Notes under the pieces: generated by a model | Told to the model about the DNA's origin: nothing | Seen by the model: the letters and a program-made list of their open reading frames with translations, nothing else | The model's database searches: none | Made by a program: the position numbers and the translations under genes | Part shown: piece by piece, positions 49,802-58,530 of the stretch | Layout of the letters: each line of letters starts with the position of its first letter | Position numbering within the stretch: the stretch's first letter is position 1 | Assembly (NCBI GenBank): GCA_046262395.1 | Contig: JBHEMW010000062.1 | Span: 2,933 to 66,932 of the forward strand | Direction of reading: 5' to 3' | Length of the DNA: 64,000 nucleotides | Origin: Sphingomicrobium sp. | GTDB taxonomy: Bacteria; Pseudomonadota; Alphaproteobacteria; Sphingomonadales; Sphingomonadaceae

Positions 49802-49907
49802 GATATGAAATGGCACCACCAATGTTGATGCGATGAACGATCTGACCTGCTACTAAGGCCTTTGAATCCCCGCATTTCCCGCGGGCGGCTAGACTGCTGA
49901 GGCCGCC

Positions 49908-51404
49908 ATGTTCCTGCCGTCCCATGCCGAGCGAACTCTTCCGCCCCGGATGGCGCGGAGATGGTGGTCCTGTTCCTTGCTTGCGGCGATCGGCCTTCTG
50001 ATCGCCTGTTCCATCGTCCTCCGTCCCATCGATCATGACGAGGGGCAGTATGTCGGGGCGATCGCCTTGATGCGGCATGGCTGGCCCTATCGCGACTTCG
50101 CCTATCTGCAGACCCCCCTGCAGCCGCTCTTGCTCGCTCCGCTGTCGGGCGTGCCCGCCGGATGGTTGCTGGTGGCGACGCGGGTGACGAACGGCTGCTT
50201 CGCTCTCACCACCGTCGCCCTTCTGCTGCTCACCCTCAACGGCCGGGTGCGCGCGGGCAATGCCGGGATTGCGGTCCTCGCGCTGGCCAGCACCGAAGCT
50301 TTTCTGTTCGCGGCCTCCCTCGCTCGCAACGATACGTTGCCGATGATGCTGCTCGCCGGCGCCATCCTCGCGCTGCTGCGCGGAATCGATAGGGGGAAAC
50401 TGGCCTGCTTCGCTATCGGCGGCTTTCTGCTCGGGCTTGCGGTGTCGACCAAGATCAGCGCCATCCTGATGGCCGGTGGTGCGGGCGTTTTCCTGTTGAT
50501 CAAAGTTCAACGGCTCGGCTGCCGCTCTCTTAGCGCGTTCGCGGCGGGTCTCACGCTCGGCCTGCTCCCGACCATCGTCATGGCAGCGTTCGCGCCAGTG
50601 CAGTTCCGCTTCGACGTGTTCGCCTACAGCCTCGACGCGCCGCAGCAATGGTGGAGCTCGATCGGTCAGGCGGCCGTGCTCGAACCTGGCCATCGGATCC
50701 TGCATCTCATCGCCTTGTCGACGATGGGCTGTGTCTTCGTTGCGCTGGCTACGGCAGCGTTCGATCGTCGAGGCGGTGACGATCGACTGCTGCTCGACCT
50801 CCTGATCGTGAGCGGTCTTGTCGCGGCGTATCTGCCCGAGCCCGCGTACGTTCAGTATCTCGTGCCGCTGTTACCGCCGCTGTTCGTTCGACTGGCTTTG
50901 GCGCTCGACAGCTTCGTACCGGCGGCTCGGCGGCTCGTTATTGCTTGCTCGATAGTGAGTTGCCTCGGCGGGCTCATCCACACGGCGGGCTATGTTCTGC
51001 ACGCTCGAGTGCAGGGCTCCCCGCTTCGTCAGGCTCTCGGCGAAGGACAACAGGTCGCGGCGATCGCTGGAGGCGGATCGGTCGTCACCCTGTCGCCAGA
51101 GCGCGTCGCCGGATCCGACACGGACCTCGATCCGCGCTTCGTCACCGGGCCGTTCCTGTTCCGCACGTACGGGGCGTTGAGCGCCGATGCCCTCCGCTAT
51201 GGCTACAGCCCCAACTGGAGCCGGACGGAACAAGCACTGAACGTCCGTCCGCCTGCCGTGATCCTGGTCGGCGGTGAGGCGACGCCAACCCTTCCGCACC
51301 CACGCGGGTTGGATGCGACTTTGACCGCATGGGCAGAGAGCCATCATTATCGTGCGATGTCCGTGCAGCAACGCTTCACAGCGTTCGTTCGCCGCTCGGG
51401 CTGA
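49908..51404 (+). CDS. GT-C fold (ArnT/PMT-like) integral membrane glycosyltransferase
   Basis: About 12 hydrophobic spans and a DHDEGQY motif in the first loop (DxDE..Y, as in the ArnT/GT39/GT83 families). Alternative start at 49950. Confidence 0.6.
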   Translation: MFLPSHAERTLPPRMARRWWSCSLLAAIGLLIACSIVLRPIDHDEGQYVGAIALMRHGWPYRDFAYLQTPLQPLLLAPLSGVPAGWLLVATRVTNGCFALTTVALLLLTLNGRVRAGNAGIAVLALASTEAFLFAASLARNDTLPMMLLAGAILALLRGIDRGKLACFAIGGFLLGLAVSTKISAILMAGGAGVFLLIKVQRLGCRSLSAFAAGLTLGLLPTIVMAAFAPVQFRFDVFAYSLDAPQQWWSSIGQAAVLEPGHRILHLIALSTMGCVFVALATAAFDRRGGDDRLLLDLLIVSGLVAAYLPEPAYVQYLVPLLPPLFVRLALALDSFVPAARRLVIACSIVSCLGGLIHTAGYVLHARVQGSPLRQALGEGQQVAAIAGGGSVVTLSPERVAGSDTDLDPRFVTGPFLFRTYGALSADALRYGYSPNWSRTEQALNVRPPAVILVGGEATPTLPHPRGLDATLTAWAESHHYRAMSVQQRFTAFVRRSG

Positions 51405-51420
51405 CTCCCCAGCGGCGCTG

Positions 51421-51813
51421 TTATCGCTGTAACGCAGATGCCGTCACATAACCGACGCGGCGGTCGGCACCCGCATATCCCCACGCCCAGCCGAGCGAAC
51501 AATCAAGCACCCACATCTCATCCCCCGCCGCTAGCTGATCGAGTGTCTCTCCGCCGGGATCGGCGAGCAACGGTGCGTCCTCGACCAGATGGCGCAGCAG
51601 CGGCTCGGCATAATGCGAGGCGATGACTCGTCCGGCTAGCGCGACATCGGCGAGGTCCTGGCGATAGGCGTGGTTTGCGGGATCGGGAAGGTCGGAGCGG
51701 CCAGCGAGCGCGAAGCTGCCCGCAGCGTGATCAGCCGCGCGCGAAGGCGGGCTGTGGCGCGGACTGCGCTGCGGACTGTCCGATGGCTGGACGGTGTCCC
51801 CCGCCTTCGCCAT
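51421..51813 (-). CDS. SH3b-domain protein, possibly a truncated C40 (NlpC/P60) peptidase
   Basis: DPANHAYRQDLADVALAGRVIASHYAEP...GWAWGYAGADRRVGYV resembles the N-terminal SH3b module of SH3-NlpC/P60 peptidases, but no catalytic domain follows. The start overlaps marR by 83 nt. Confidence 0.45.
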   Translation of the reverse strand: MAKAGDTVQPSDSPQRSPRHSPPSRAADHAAGSFALAGRSDLPDPANHAYRQDLADVALAGRVIASHYAEPLLRHLVEDAPLLADPGGETLDQLAAGDEMWVLDCSLGWAWGYAGADRRVGYVTASALQR

Positions 51814-52126
51814 CGATCCGGAGAAGGCGTTTGAACCCTTCAAGAAAATTGGCCCCGTTGCTGGTGCGGACGACGAACACGTTGCGGCGATCGTCCTGAT
51901 CCCGTTCGCGGCGCAGATAGCCCAGCGTGCCGAGCGTATTCAAGGCGCGCGTCACGACCGGCTTCGATACGCCGAGCACTCGGGCGAGGCCGCGCACCGT
52001 GTGGGGGCCGGGGGTGAGATAGACGAGCATGAGCAGCGCCATCTGGCGATTGGTGAGGTCCGGCTCTCCTGATCGCACATAGCCGATCAGCGCGCGCATC
52101 CAGCCCGTCAGCGCAACGTCCGCCAT
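51731..52126 (-). CDS. MarR family transcriptional regulator
   Basis: Winged-helix segment VRGLARVLGVSKPVVTRALNTLGTLGYLRRERDQDDRRNVFV. Confidence 0.85.
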   Translation of the reverse strand: MADVALTGWMRALIGYVRSGEPDLTNRQMALLMLVYLTPGPHTVRGLARVLGVSKPVVTRALNTLGTLGYLRRERDQDDRRNVFVVRTSNGANFLEGFKRLLRIDGEGGGHRPAIGQSAAQSAPQPAFARG

Positions 52127-52240
52127 TTCTCCAGCAACTCCTGTCGCAGCGTCGTGAAGGAAACAGAGCAGGACCGGAAATGTTGCGTGGAGCGATCGAA
52201 TTGGGACGGAAAAATACGTCCAGCCGCCGTGGTTTGCGCG

Positions 52241-53635
52241 TCAGCCCGCCTGAGCGCGGCCCGTGAGCAGCGCGAAGGTGGCACGAAGACCCATCGCTTC
52301 GCCGCCCTTCGGCCGGCCCGGCCTGGCCGCCGGCCGCCACGCGAAGGTATCGAGATGGGCCCACGGCGTGCCCTGCGGAACGAAGCGGCGGAGGAACAGC
52401 GCGGCGGTCACCGCGCCGGCCATCGGCGAGTCCGCGGCATTGGCGAGATCGGCGACCTCCGACTTCAGCTGCCCGTCGTAGCCGTCCCATAGCGGCATGC
52501 GCCACAGCGGGTCGGCGCTTTCGTGGGCTGCCGCAAGCAGTTCGGCGGCGAGCGGCTCATCGTTGACGAAGGTGGCGGGGAGGTCAGGGCCGAGCGCGAT
52601 TCGCGCCGCGCCGGTCAGCGTGGCGAAGTCGATGATCAGGGCAGGATCGGCCTCTCCGGCGCGGCAGAGGGCGTCGCCGAGCACGAGGCGACCTTCGGCA
52701 TCGGTGTTGTCGACCTCGACCGTCAGCCCCTTGCGCGACGTCAGCACGTCGCCAGGGCGGAAGGCGGTGGCCGAGACGCTGTTCTCGACGGCCGGCACCA
52801 GCAGATGGAGGCGGAAGGGGAGGCGTTCGGCCATCGCCAGCCCGGCAAGCGCGATGGCGTGAGCCGCGCCGCCCATGTCCTTCTTCATCAGGCGCATGCC
52901 CGAGGCCGGCTTGATGTCGAGCCCGCCGCTGTCGAAGCAGACGCCCTTGCCGATCAGCGCGAGGCGGGGGTGATCCTCGCGGCCCCAGTGAAGCTCGATC
53001 AGCCGCGGCGCGCGCGCCCGTTCGGCGCCGCGCCCGACCGCCGCGATCATCGGATAGCCCTGGTCGAGCGCGTCGCCGATGGTCACCTCGACGCTTGCGC
53101 CGTAACGCCCGGCGAGGGTGCGGACCGCGGCTTCGAGATCGGCCGGCCCCATGTCGGCGGCGGGCGTATCGACCATGTCGCGGACCAGCGCGGTCGCCTC
53201 GGCCAGCGCGAGGGTGGTGGCGATGCCCACCGCGTCGGGCGTGAGGAGGGTGCGCGGGCCGGTCGCTTCCGGCGCCGATTTGTAGCGGTCGAAGCGGTGC
53301 TGCGCGATCAGCCAGCCGAACGCGCCCGCGCCGGGATCGCCGTCCGACAGTCGATAGCGGCCCTCGGGCAGCGCCTCGGCGGCGCGGGCGAGGCACCACG
53401 GCGTCAGCGCGCCCTTGTCCTTCACGGCGACGACCGCCTCGAACCCGTCCTGCCCAACGGGGAGCAGGAGCAGCGCGCCCTCCTTCGAGCCGTCGAAGCG
53501 GGCGGCGTCGGCCAAGGCGCGGTGCGATGCCGAGAGCGACTTGAGCCAGGCGTCGGCGCCGGCCTTGTCTACCAGGCGAAGGGTGCGGGCGGGCTCGCCG
53601 CGATCGGGCAGGAGGAGGGCGGTGAAGTCGGTCAT
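52241..53635 (-). CDS. M17 leucyl aminopeptidase family protein
   Basis: GKGVCFDSGGLDIKP, MKKDMGGAA and NTDAEGRLVLGDAL M17 motifs. Confidence 0.9.
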   Translation of the reverse strand: MTDFTALLLPDRGEPARTLRLVDKAGADAWLKSLSASHRALADAARFDGSKEGALLLLPVGQDGFEAVVAVKDKGALTPWCLARAAEALPEGRYRLSDGDPGAGAFGWLIAQHRFDRYKSAPEATGPRTLLTPDAVGIATTLALAEATALVRDMVDTPAADMGPADLEAAVRTLAGRYGASVEVTIGDALDQGYPMIAAVGRGAERARAPRLIELHWGREDHPRLALIGKGVCFDSGGLDIKPASGMRLMKKDMGGAAHAIALAGLAMAERLPFRLHLLVPAVENSVSATAFRPGDVLTSRKGLTVEVDNTDAEGRLVLGDALCRAGEADPALIIDFATLTGAARIALGPDLPATFVNDEPLAAELLAAAHESADPLWRMPLWDGYDGQLKSEVADLANAADSPMAGAVTAALFLRRFVPQGTPWAHLDTFAWRPAARPGRPKGGEAMGLRATFALLTGRAQAG

Positions 53636-53702
53636 GGCTGGTGAAATAGGCTGGCCGGGCGCCGATTGTCACCCCGGTTCGGCGCGGAAGGTTACACTAA
53701 GG

Positions 53703-54557
53703 TTATCCCTGGAACGCGTCCTCTTCATCATATTCGCCGTCATCTTCGTGATCGTCGCGATAGCCCTGAGCACGGCCGGCGGCGCGCTTCGCTTCCTCGA
53801 GCAGGCGTTCGAATTCCGCGCCGAGCGGCGCATCGGCCTGCGCTTCATCCTCGCCCCGGGCGCGATACCAGTGGGGCAGCTTGCCGTCGGACAGATCGGC
53901 GATCTCCAGCTCGTCGGCGAGTTCGTCGGGCGTCATCCGCAGGTGCGGATCGGCCGGCGTCACCGGCTCCAGCCGGGCAAGCGCCTCGCCGACCGGTTCG
54001 AGCAGGAGCGGGAGCGGTTCGCCGGGCTGGCGAACGCTTTCATGCGCATGGCGGAAGCGATCGGGCATATAGGCCTTGAGAAGGAACATCAGCAGCCGGT
54101 CGTTGTGGCGCAGACGTCACCCGACGCGATCACCATCCCGGTTAAAGATCGGTTCTTCCGAACCGTTGATCGCGCGATCGAAGGCGAGGTCGACCAGCCC
54201 GCGCGCGGCCTGCGCCATGGCGGCGTCCCAGGCGGAGGCGAAATTCTCCGCGCCCGGCGTCCGGCGCAGGCGATAGGCGCTGTTGGCCGACAGTCCGGCC
54301 TCCCGCGCCGCCTGGGTGACGCAGCCCCCGTCCGCGAGCGCGGCGATGAACGCGACCTGCCGCTCGCCGGTCCACCCGTCGCCGCGCGGACGGCGTAGGA
54401 CAGGCACCCATTTGTAGGCGGCGGGGTCGAAGCCGTGGGCATCGAACTCGGCGGGAGCGACGGCGGGGAGGTGATCGGGAGAGTCGGGGGATGCGGCGCG
54501 TGCGATCTCTGCGCGCGGTGAAGAGTGGGTTTCCGGTTTGCTGTTGGGCTTGCTCAT
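53703..54557 (-). pseudogene. conserved HTH-containing protein interrupted by one in-frame TGA (54117-54119)
   Basis: ORFs 54117-54557 and 53703-54089 are in the same frame. Reading through gives ...RDGDRVG-TGA-RLRHNDRLLMFLLKAYMPDRF..., a continuous plausible protein. Confidence 0.6.
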
Positions 54558-54629
54558 GAACCCGTTTGGAACACAATAGTCGCGAGTAGGAAAGCGGATT
54601 CTTCGGTGATGGAGTCGATCGACTTCGAG

Positions 54630-54659
54630 AATGTCTGCTTTCGACCCAAAGCAGACATT
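54630..54659. repeat. conserved-loop hairpin repeat, copy 1
   Basis: aatgtctgcttt-cgaccc-aaagcagacatt, with perfect 12-bp arms. Confidence 0.8.
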
Positions 54660-54697
54660 AGCCGCCGTCCCTCAACAACCGTCTCCGACGGAGAGAG

Positions 54698-55477
54698 CTA
54701 CTGGGTCTTTGTCGCCCTGATCACGCGGCCGTTGCCAAGCCTCAGGACGTAGCCGGTGACAATACCTTCGCCATTTCGCTCGAAGATAACGATCGAGGGA
54801 TCGCCCGCCGCGACGAAGGCATCGCGCGTGATGGGGATCAGCGCCGTTGCCTCGGATCCCAGGGCGTCCTGGCCGAATAGCTGCCCGTGCCTGGCTGTTA
54901 AGATGTCGGCGGCTCCACCAGGCAGCATATAGCGGCCGACATATTGTTGAAGTGCACCCGGAGCGGTTGACGCGTCGCCTATGTCCTTCTCCTGCACGAT
55001 TGTTTCGGAATGGGCTACATAGGCCCATCGAGAACCGCCCGCCTCGAACACGTCCAATTCCCGCATACGCTCACTGACCAGCGGATCGGTCGCGATCACT
55101 TCAGAATCCACCACTGCGAGCTGGCCCCGAACTTTGAACGACAGGTCCCTTACGGCAAAGGTAGTCGAGTTCGATTTGCCGGAAAGGATGTACGGCTCCA
55201 GCTGCTTCCCGGTTCGCCGGCTACCCATATCCGAGATGTGCACAAAATCCGGTTCTACGAGCCTGGCGTACGAGCCGACGTCACCCCGGCCGTAAGCTTG
55301 GATTCTGGCCAGGATTAGTTTTTCGAAGACTTCTTTCGAAGCAGGCGGATGAGTTGGCCTGGTCGCCGCAGAGGGCGAGGCTACGACGCTGCAAGCGAGC
55401 AATGTGACCGAGAAAGTGATTGCGCGAGTCAGTTGTATTCCGGTGGCCCGCAGCTCCGCACAGCGCGCTCTCGTCAT
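54698..55477 (-). CDS. putative lipoprotein with NTF2-like (DUF4440-like) N-terminal half and DUF3471-like C-terminal domain
   Basis: Start at M45 with lipobox TLLAC. The domain calls rest on pattern recall only. The upstream part of the 55609 ORF is encoded by repeat copy 2. Confidence 0.5.
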   Translation of the reverse strand: MTRARCAELRATGIQLTRAITFSVTLLACSVVASPSAATRPTHPPASKEVFEKLILARIQAYGRGDVGSYARLVEPDFVHISDMGSRRTGKQLEPYILSGKSNSTTFAVRDLSFKVRGQLAVVDSEVIATDPLVSERMRELDVFEAGGSRWAYVAHSETIVQEKDIGDASTAPGALQQYVGRYMLPGGAADILTARHGQLFGQDALGSEATALIPITRDAFVAAGDPSIVIFERNGEGIVTGYVLRLGNGRVIRATKTQ

Positions 55478-55572
55478 TGTCGCTCCTCCTGTCCGTGCGT
55501 CAGCAGTGAATAACTGCACCGCTCTACGAGAGTTGGCAATGTCCGCGGTTCGTGTTTGCAGACGTTCCGCTA

Positions 55573-55600
55573 ACGTCTGCTTACCACCCAAAGCAGACAT
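55573..55600. repeat. conserved-loop hairpin repeat, copy 2
   Basis: acgtctgctt-accaccca-aagcagacat. Confidence 0.75.
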
Positions 55601-55677
55601 CGAGGGCACAGGGACTCCCGCTGCTCCATCAGCAGCCTTGCCGTTGACCTAAAGGCGGTCGCAGTTATCGTGCCCTT

Positions 55678-56259
55678 ATGGAGGTCACCGAGAACTATTA
55701 CGCGATTCTCCGCGTCGCGCCGGACGCCGGGAACGCGGCGATCCGGGCGGCCTACCTCACGCTGATGCGACGCTACCACCCCGATGTGAATCGCTCGGAC
55801 GAAGCCGTCGTCAAAGCAAAAGCCATCAACGAGGCCTACGCATGCCTTCGCGATGCCTTGGAGCGCTCGGCGTACGATCGTCAGAGGATCGTTCAGCGAA
55901 CAATTCACCGCGCCGCCGGCGACATCTCGCCCTGGCCTCCTCAACGAACGGTGTGGAGCGCGCAGCACGCCTATGTCGTGCCACCGGCACGCGGGTTCCA
56001 GCCGACGTGGTGGAAGGCCGGAGGTCTTGGGCTCGCGACGCTTTTCACGATACTCACCTTTACCGCCACCTCGGCCACGCCTCCCTCCGAACCGCCGAGG
56101 TTGAACGCGGTGATGAACGTGAATCCGAAAGCAGTCTCCGAGTACCGTAGCGGGATAGACGTCGCTGGCTGTAAGCCGCGGGACACGAGGTCGAGCGCAT
56201 CCTATTGCCGAAGTCAGGGGGGACGGCACCCATCACGGCGGCCTATGACGCCGACTTAA
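55678..56259 (+). CDS. J-domain (DnaJ-like) protein with one TM span
   Basis: YYAILRVAPDAGNAAIRAAYLTLMRRYHPDVN with the HPD motif, and a central hydrophobic span GGLGLATLFTILTF. Confidence 0.75.
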   Translation: MEVTENYYAILRVAPDAGNAAIRAAYLTLMRRYHPDVNRSDEAVVKAKAINEAYACLRDALERSAYDRQRIVQRTIHRAAGDISPWPPQRTVWSAQHAYVVPPARGFQPTWWKAGGLGLATLFTILTFTATSATPPSEPPRLNAVMNVNPKAVSEYRSGIDVAGCKPRDTRSSASYCRSQGGRHPSRRPMTPT

Positions 56260-56260
56260 C

Positions 56261-56304
56261 AACGCTGAGTGTCCGCTTCCCACCCATTGCGGACATTCGG
56301 CGTT
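56261..56304. repeat. conserved-loop hairpin repeat, copy 3 (extended 16-bp arms)
   Basis: aacgctgagtgtccgc-ttcccacccatt-gcggacattcggcgtt. Begins 2 nt after the J-domain gene stop. Confidence 0.8.
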
Positions 56305-56395
56305 ATCCAGATCGGCAAGCTAGCACGCGCCCGGTTCGCTCCGTCCGGCGGGTGGCGGACTGGCGTATGGCCCAGTTTGCGCTATCGCGTTCGTC

Positions 56396-57223
56396 ATGAT
56401 CGAGGACGCGCTTGGGCCTGTCGATTACGACGAAAGCGGGCGGGGCCCGGCGATCCTGTTCGTTCCGGGATCCTGCAGCACGGGCGCAGCATGGAAGCCG
56501 GTGATCGCTGCACTCGGCGCGTCCTATCGCTCGATCACGACGAGCCTTCCGGGATATGGCGGATCGGCCGAGCGACGGACCGAGGCCGACCCGTCGATCG
56601 GTGTCATCGCCGCTGCGGTCGAAACGGTGATTCGGCACGCCGGCGGCGCGGTGCACCTGGTCGGCCATTCGTTCGGCGGGGATGTGGCGCTTGCGGTCGC
56701 CTTGCGCGGTCAGGTTCGGGTCCGGAGCCTGACGATCCTGGAAGCGCCGGCGCCGGCGATGCTGTCCGCTTTCGAGCGATGGGCGGAATATGACCAGTTT
56801 CGCGCGATGACCAGCGCTTACGTCCAGGAGTATCGTTCGGGAAACGCGGAGGCGATCGCCGCGATGGTCGACTTCTATGGCGGCGCGGGCACGTTTGCGT
56901 CCTGGCCGTCGGCGGTGCGGCGCTATGCCGTGAAGACGACGCCGACCAACATCCTCGACTGGCAGAGCGCCTACGCTTGCGAGCACAGCGCAGCGGCCCT
57001 TGCCGAGCTCAATCTTCCGGTCCTTGTGGCCGTGGGTGAAAACAGCCATTCCGCGGTCGTCGAGGCCAATTCCCTGATCGCGAAGGCCATCCCGGGCGCA
57101 CGCTTCGCGACGATCAAGGGCGCGACACATTTCATGATCGCGACGCATGCACGTGCGGTTGCCGATCTGATCGCCCAACATATCGGCTTGAGCGACCAAC
57201 CGCCTCCTCGTCTGTCGCGGTAG
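56396..57223 (+). CDS. alpha/beta hydrolase
   Basis: ILFVPGS oxyanion region, nucleophile elbow VGHSFGG, and a C-terminal GATHFM His region. Confidence 0.8.
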   Translation: MIEDALGPVDYDESGRGPAILFVPGSCSTGAAWKPVIAALGASYRSITTSLPGYGGSAERRTEADPSIGVIAAAVETVIRHAGGAVHLVGHSFGGDVALAVALRGQVRVRSLTILEAPAPAMLSAFERWAEYDQFRAMTSAYVQEYRSGNAEAIAAMVDFYGGAGTFASWPSAVRRYAVKTTPTNILDWQSAYACEHSAAALAELNLPVLVAVGENSHSAVVEANSLIAKAIPGARFATIKGATHFMIATHARAVADLIAQHIGLSDQPPPRLSR

Positions 57224-57245
57224 TGGGTGGTTTCGGTCGGACAGG

Positions 57246-57282
57246 AATGGCTGCTTCCGACCCCTTGCGGACATTCGCGGTT
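57246..57282. repeat. conserved-loop hairpin repeat, copy 4 (degenerate left arm)
   Basis: aatggctgc-ttccgacccctt-gcggacattcgcggtt. Confidence 0.65.
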
Positions 57283-57300
57283 CGGATAACAAGCTCGCTA

Positions 57301-57930
57301 ATGAACTTTCTCATTTTTGCGGTTGCATTGGGCATTGCTCCCTCTCAAGCGGCACCCACAAACGCTCCGTATTTCCCGCCAACCTTTCGCGCTTCGACGG
57401 TTCCGTGCAGTGATGCGGGGAAGGTCATGCCGACAGAGATACTCACTGATCTTCAGGAGAAGTGGTATTCGGCTCAGCTCACGGCGGCTCGCGAGCCGTC
57501 TCTTTACAAAGCGTCAACTCACTGGTCGGTCGGGTCCGGGACCGTGGTGCGTTTTACATGGCTCCGCAGCTTCCATGCACCGGTTTTCGTGCGGGTTGAG
57601 GGATTGGGAACCTCGAAACCACGCCTTGTAGCAAAGCAGTTGTCCGGGCATGGGGGCTACGCGCCGGGGTCCATCAGTAAAAGTCTGGACCGGACTCTTT
57701 CACCCGGCGAGGCGCACGACATACACCTCGTGCTTGCTCGAAGTGACATCGCGCACATGCAGCCGCGGACTTGCGACATCGGCGTGGACGGAGCGCAATG
57801 GATTATGGAGTCGGTTGATGCTCATGGCTACCACTTCGTAGATCGACAATCTCCAAATGCGGGTGGGGAGCGTGACCTTGCACTCTCGCTCCTTCGGCTC
57901 ACCGGGTGGGAGGTTAAGCCGATCTATTGA
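57301..57930 (+). CDS. hypothetical secreted protein
   Basis: Signal peptide MNFLIFAVALGIAPSQAAP. No family recognised. Confidence 0.5.
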   Translation: MNFLIFAVALGIAPSQAAPTNAPYFPPTFRASTVPCSDAGKVMPTEILTDLQEKWYSAQLTAAREPSLYKASTHWSVGSGTVVRFTWLRSFHAPVFVRVEGLGTSKPRLVAKQLSGHGGYAPGSISKSLDRTLSPGEAHDIHLVLARSDIAHMQPRTCDIGVDGAQWIMESVDAHGYHFVDRQSPNAGGERDLALSLLRLTGWEVKPIY

Positions 57931-57970
57931 ACGTCCTGCTTTCCACCCATTGCGGACATTCGCTGTTCAA
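57927..57970. repeat. conserved-loop hairpin repeat, copy 5
   Basis: ttgaacgtcctgc-tttccacccatt-gcggacattcgctgttcaa. The left arm contains the stop codon of the preceding gene. Confidence 0.7.
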
Positions 57971-58042
57971 CTAACATGATCGTCCTAACGGTCTCGGGCG
58001 AACCACGTGCGTCGATGACCCCCTTCGTCGGAGACGATTGCC

Positions 58043-58465
58043 GTGACCGCCATTCCTCCCTTCCACCTCGCCTTCCCCGTCCATGACCTGGCAGAGGCGC
58101 GCGCGTTTTACGGCGGCTTCCTGGGTTGCCCGGAGGGCCGAAGTTCGCCCGAGTGGATCGATTTCGATTTCTACGGCCACCAGATCGTCGCGCACCTTGC
58201 TCCGGGTGGCGCCGGAGACCATCGGGCGAATGCGGTCGATGGCCATGGCGTGCCGGTCCGGCATTTCGGCGTCGTGCTGCCCATGGCCGATTGGCAGGCC
58301 ACCGCAGAGCGGTTGACCGCGGCCGGCGTTGACTTCGTCATCGAGCCCTACGTCCGCTTCAAGGGACAGCCCGGCGAGCAAGCGACGATGTTCTTCAAGG
58401 ATCCGAGCGGCAACGCCATCGAGCTCAAGGCGTTCGCGGACATCGGCAATCTGTTCGCAAAGTGA
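58043..58465 (+). CDS. VOC (glyoxalase/bleomycin resistance/dioxygenase) family protein
   Basis: [23 protein letters not shown]...HFGVVL...[16 protein letters not shown] start. Confidence 0.8.
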   Translation: MTAIPPFHLAFPVHDLAEARAFYGGFLGCPEGRSSPEWIDFDFYGHQIVAHLAPGGAGDHRANAVDGHGVPVRHFGVVLPMADWQATAERLTAAGVDFVIEPYVRFKGQPGEQATMFFKDPSGNAIELKAFADIGNLFAK

Positions 58466-58530
58466 TGAGGCGGCAGTTGCCGCGGAACCGGTAGCGGGTT
58501 CAGCTTTGTTGTGCCGGTGGAGGCGCGACG

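Noticed and set aside
49794-49907. Possible C-terminal remnant of the missing C40 peptidase domain on the minus strand between mltG and the GT gene (...ALVAGQIVHRINIGGAISYLI).
   Set aside because: The resemblance to an NlpC/P60 C-terminus (G.G..IHA) is only a few residues, and the frame is otherwise junk. This is not enough to support a call.
54117-54119. Selenocysteine or programmed recoding at the in-frame TGA.
   Set aside because: I could not recognise a bacterial SECIS-like hairpin immediately downstream. There is no redox motif around the codon, and no sel genes are in the window. A nonsense mutation or simple leaky read-through is more likely.
54630-57970. Integron-like gene cassette array, with the five hairpins acting as attC sites.
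   Set aside because: No intI-type integrase or attI site is in the window. The first unit is on the opposite strand. The hairpins are only about 28-44 nt. I could not find consistent R''/R' (RYYYAAC/GTTRRRY) cores or extrahelical-base geometry; only copy 3 has an ACTTAAC-like left core, without a matching right core. A REP-type element is the more economical call.
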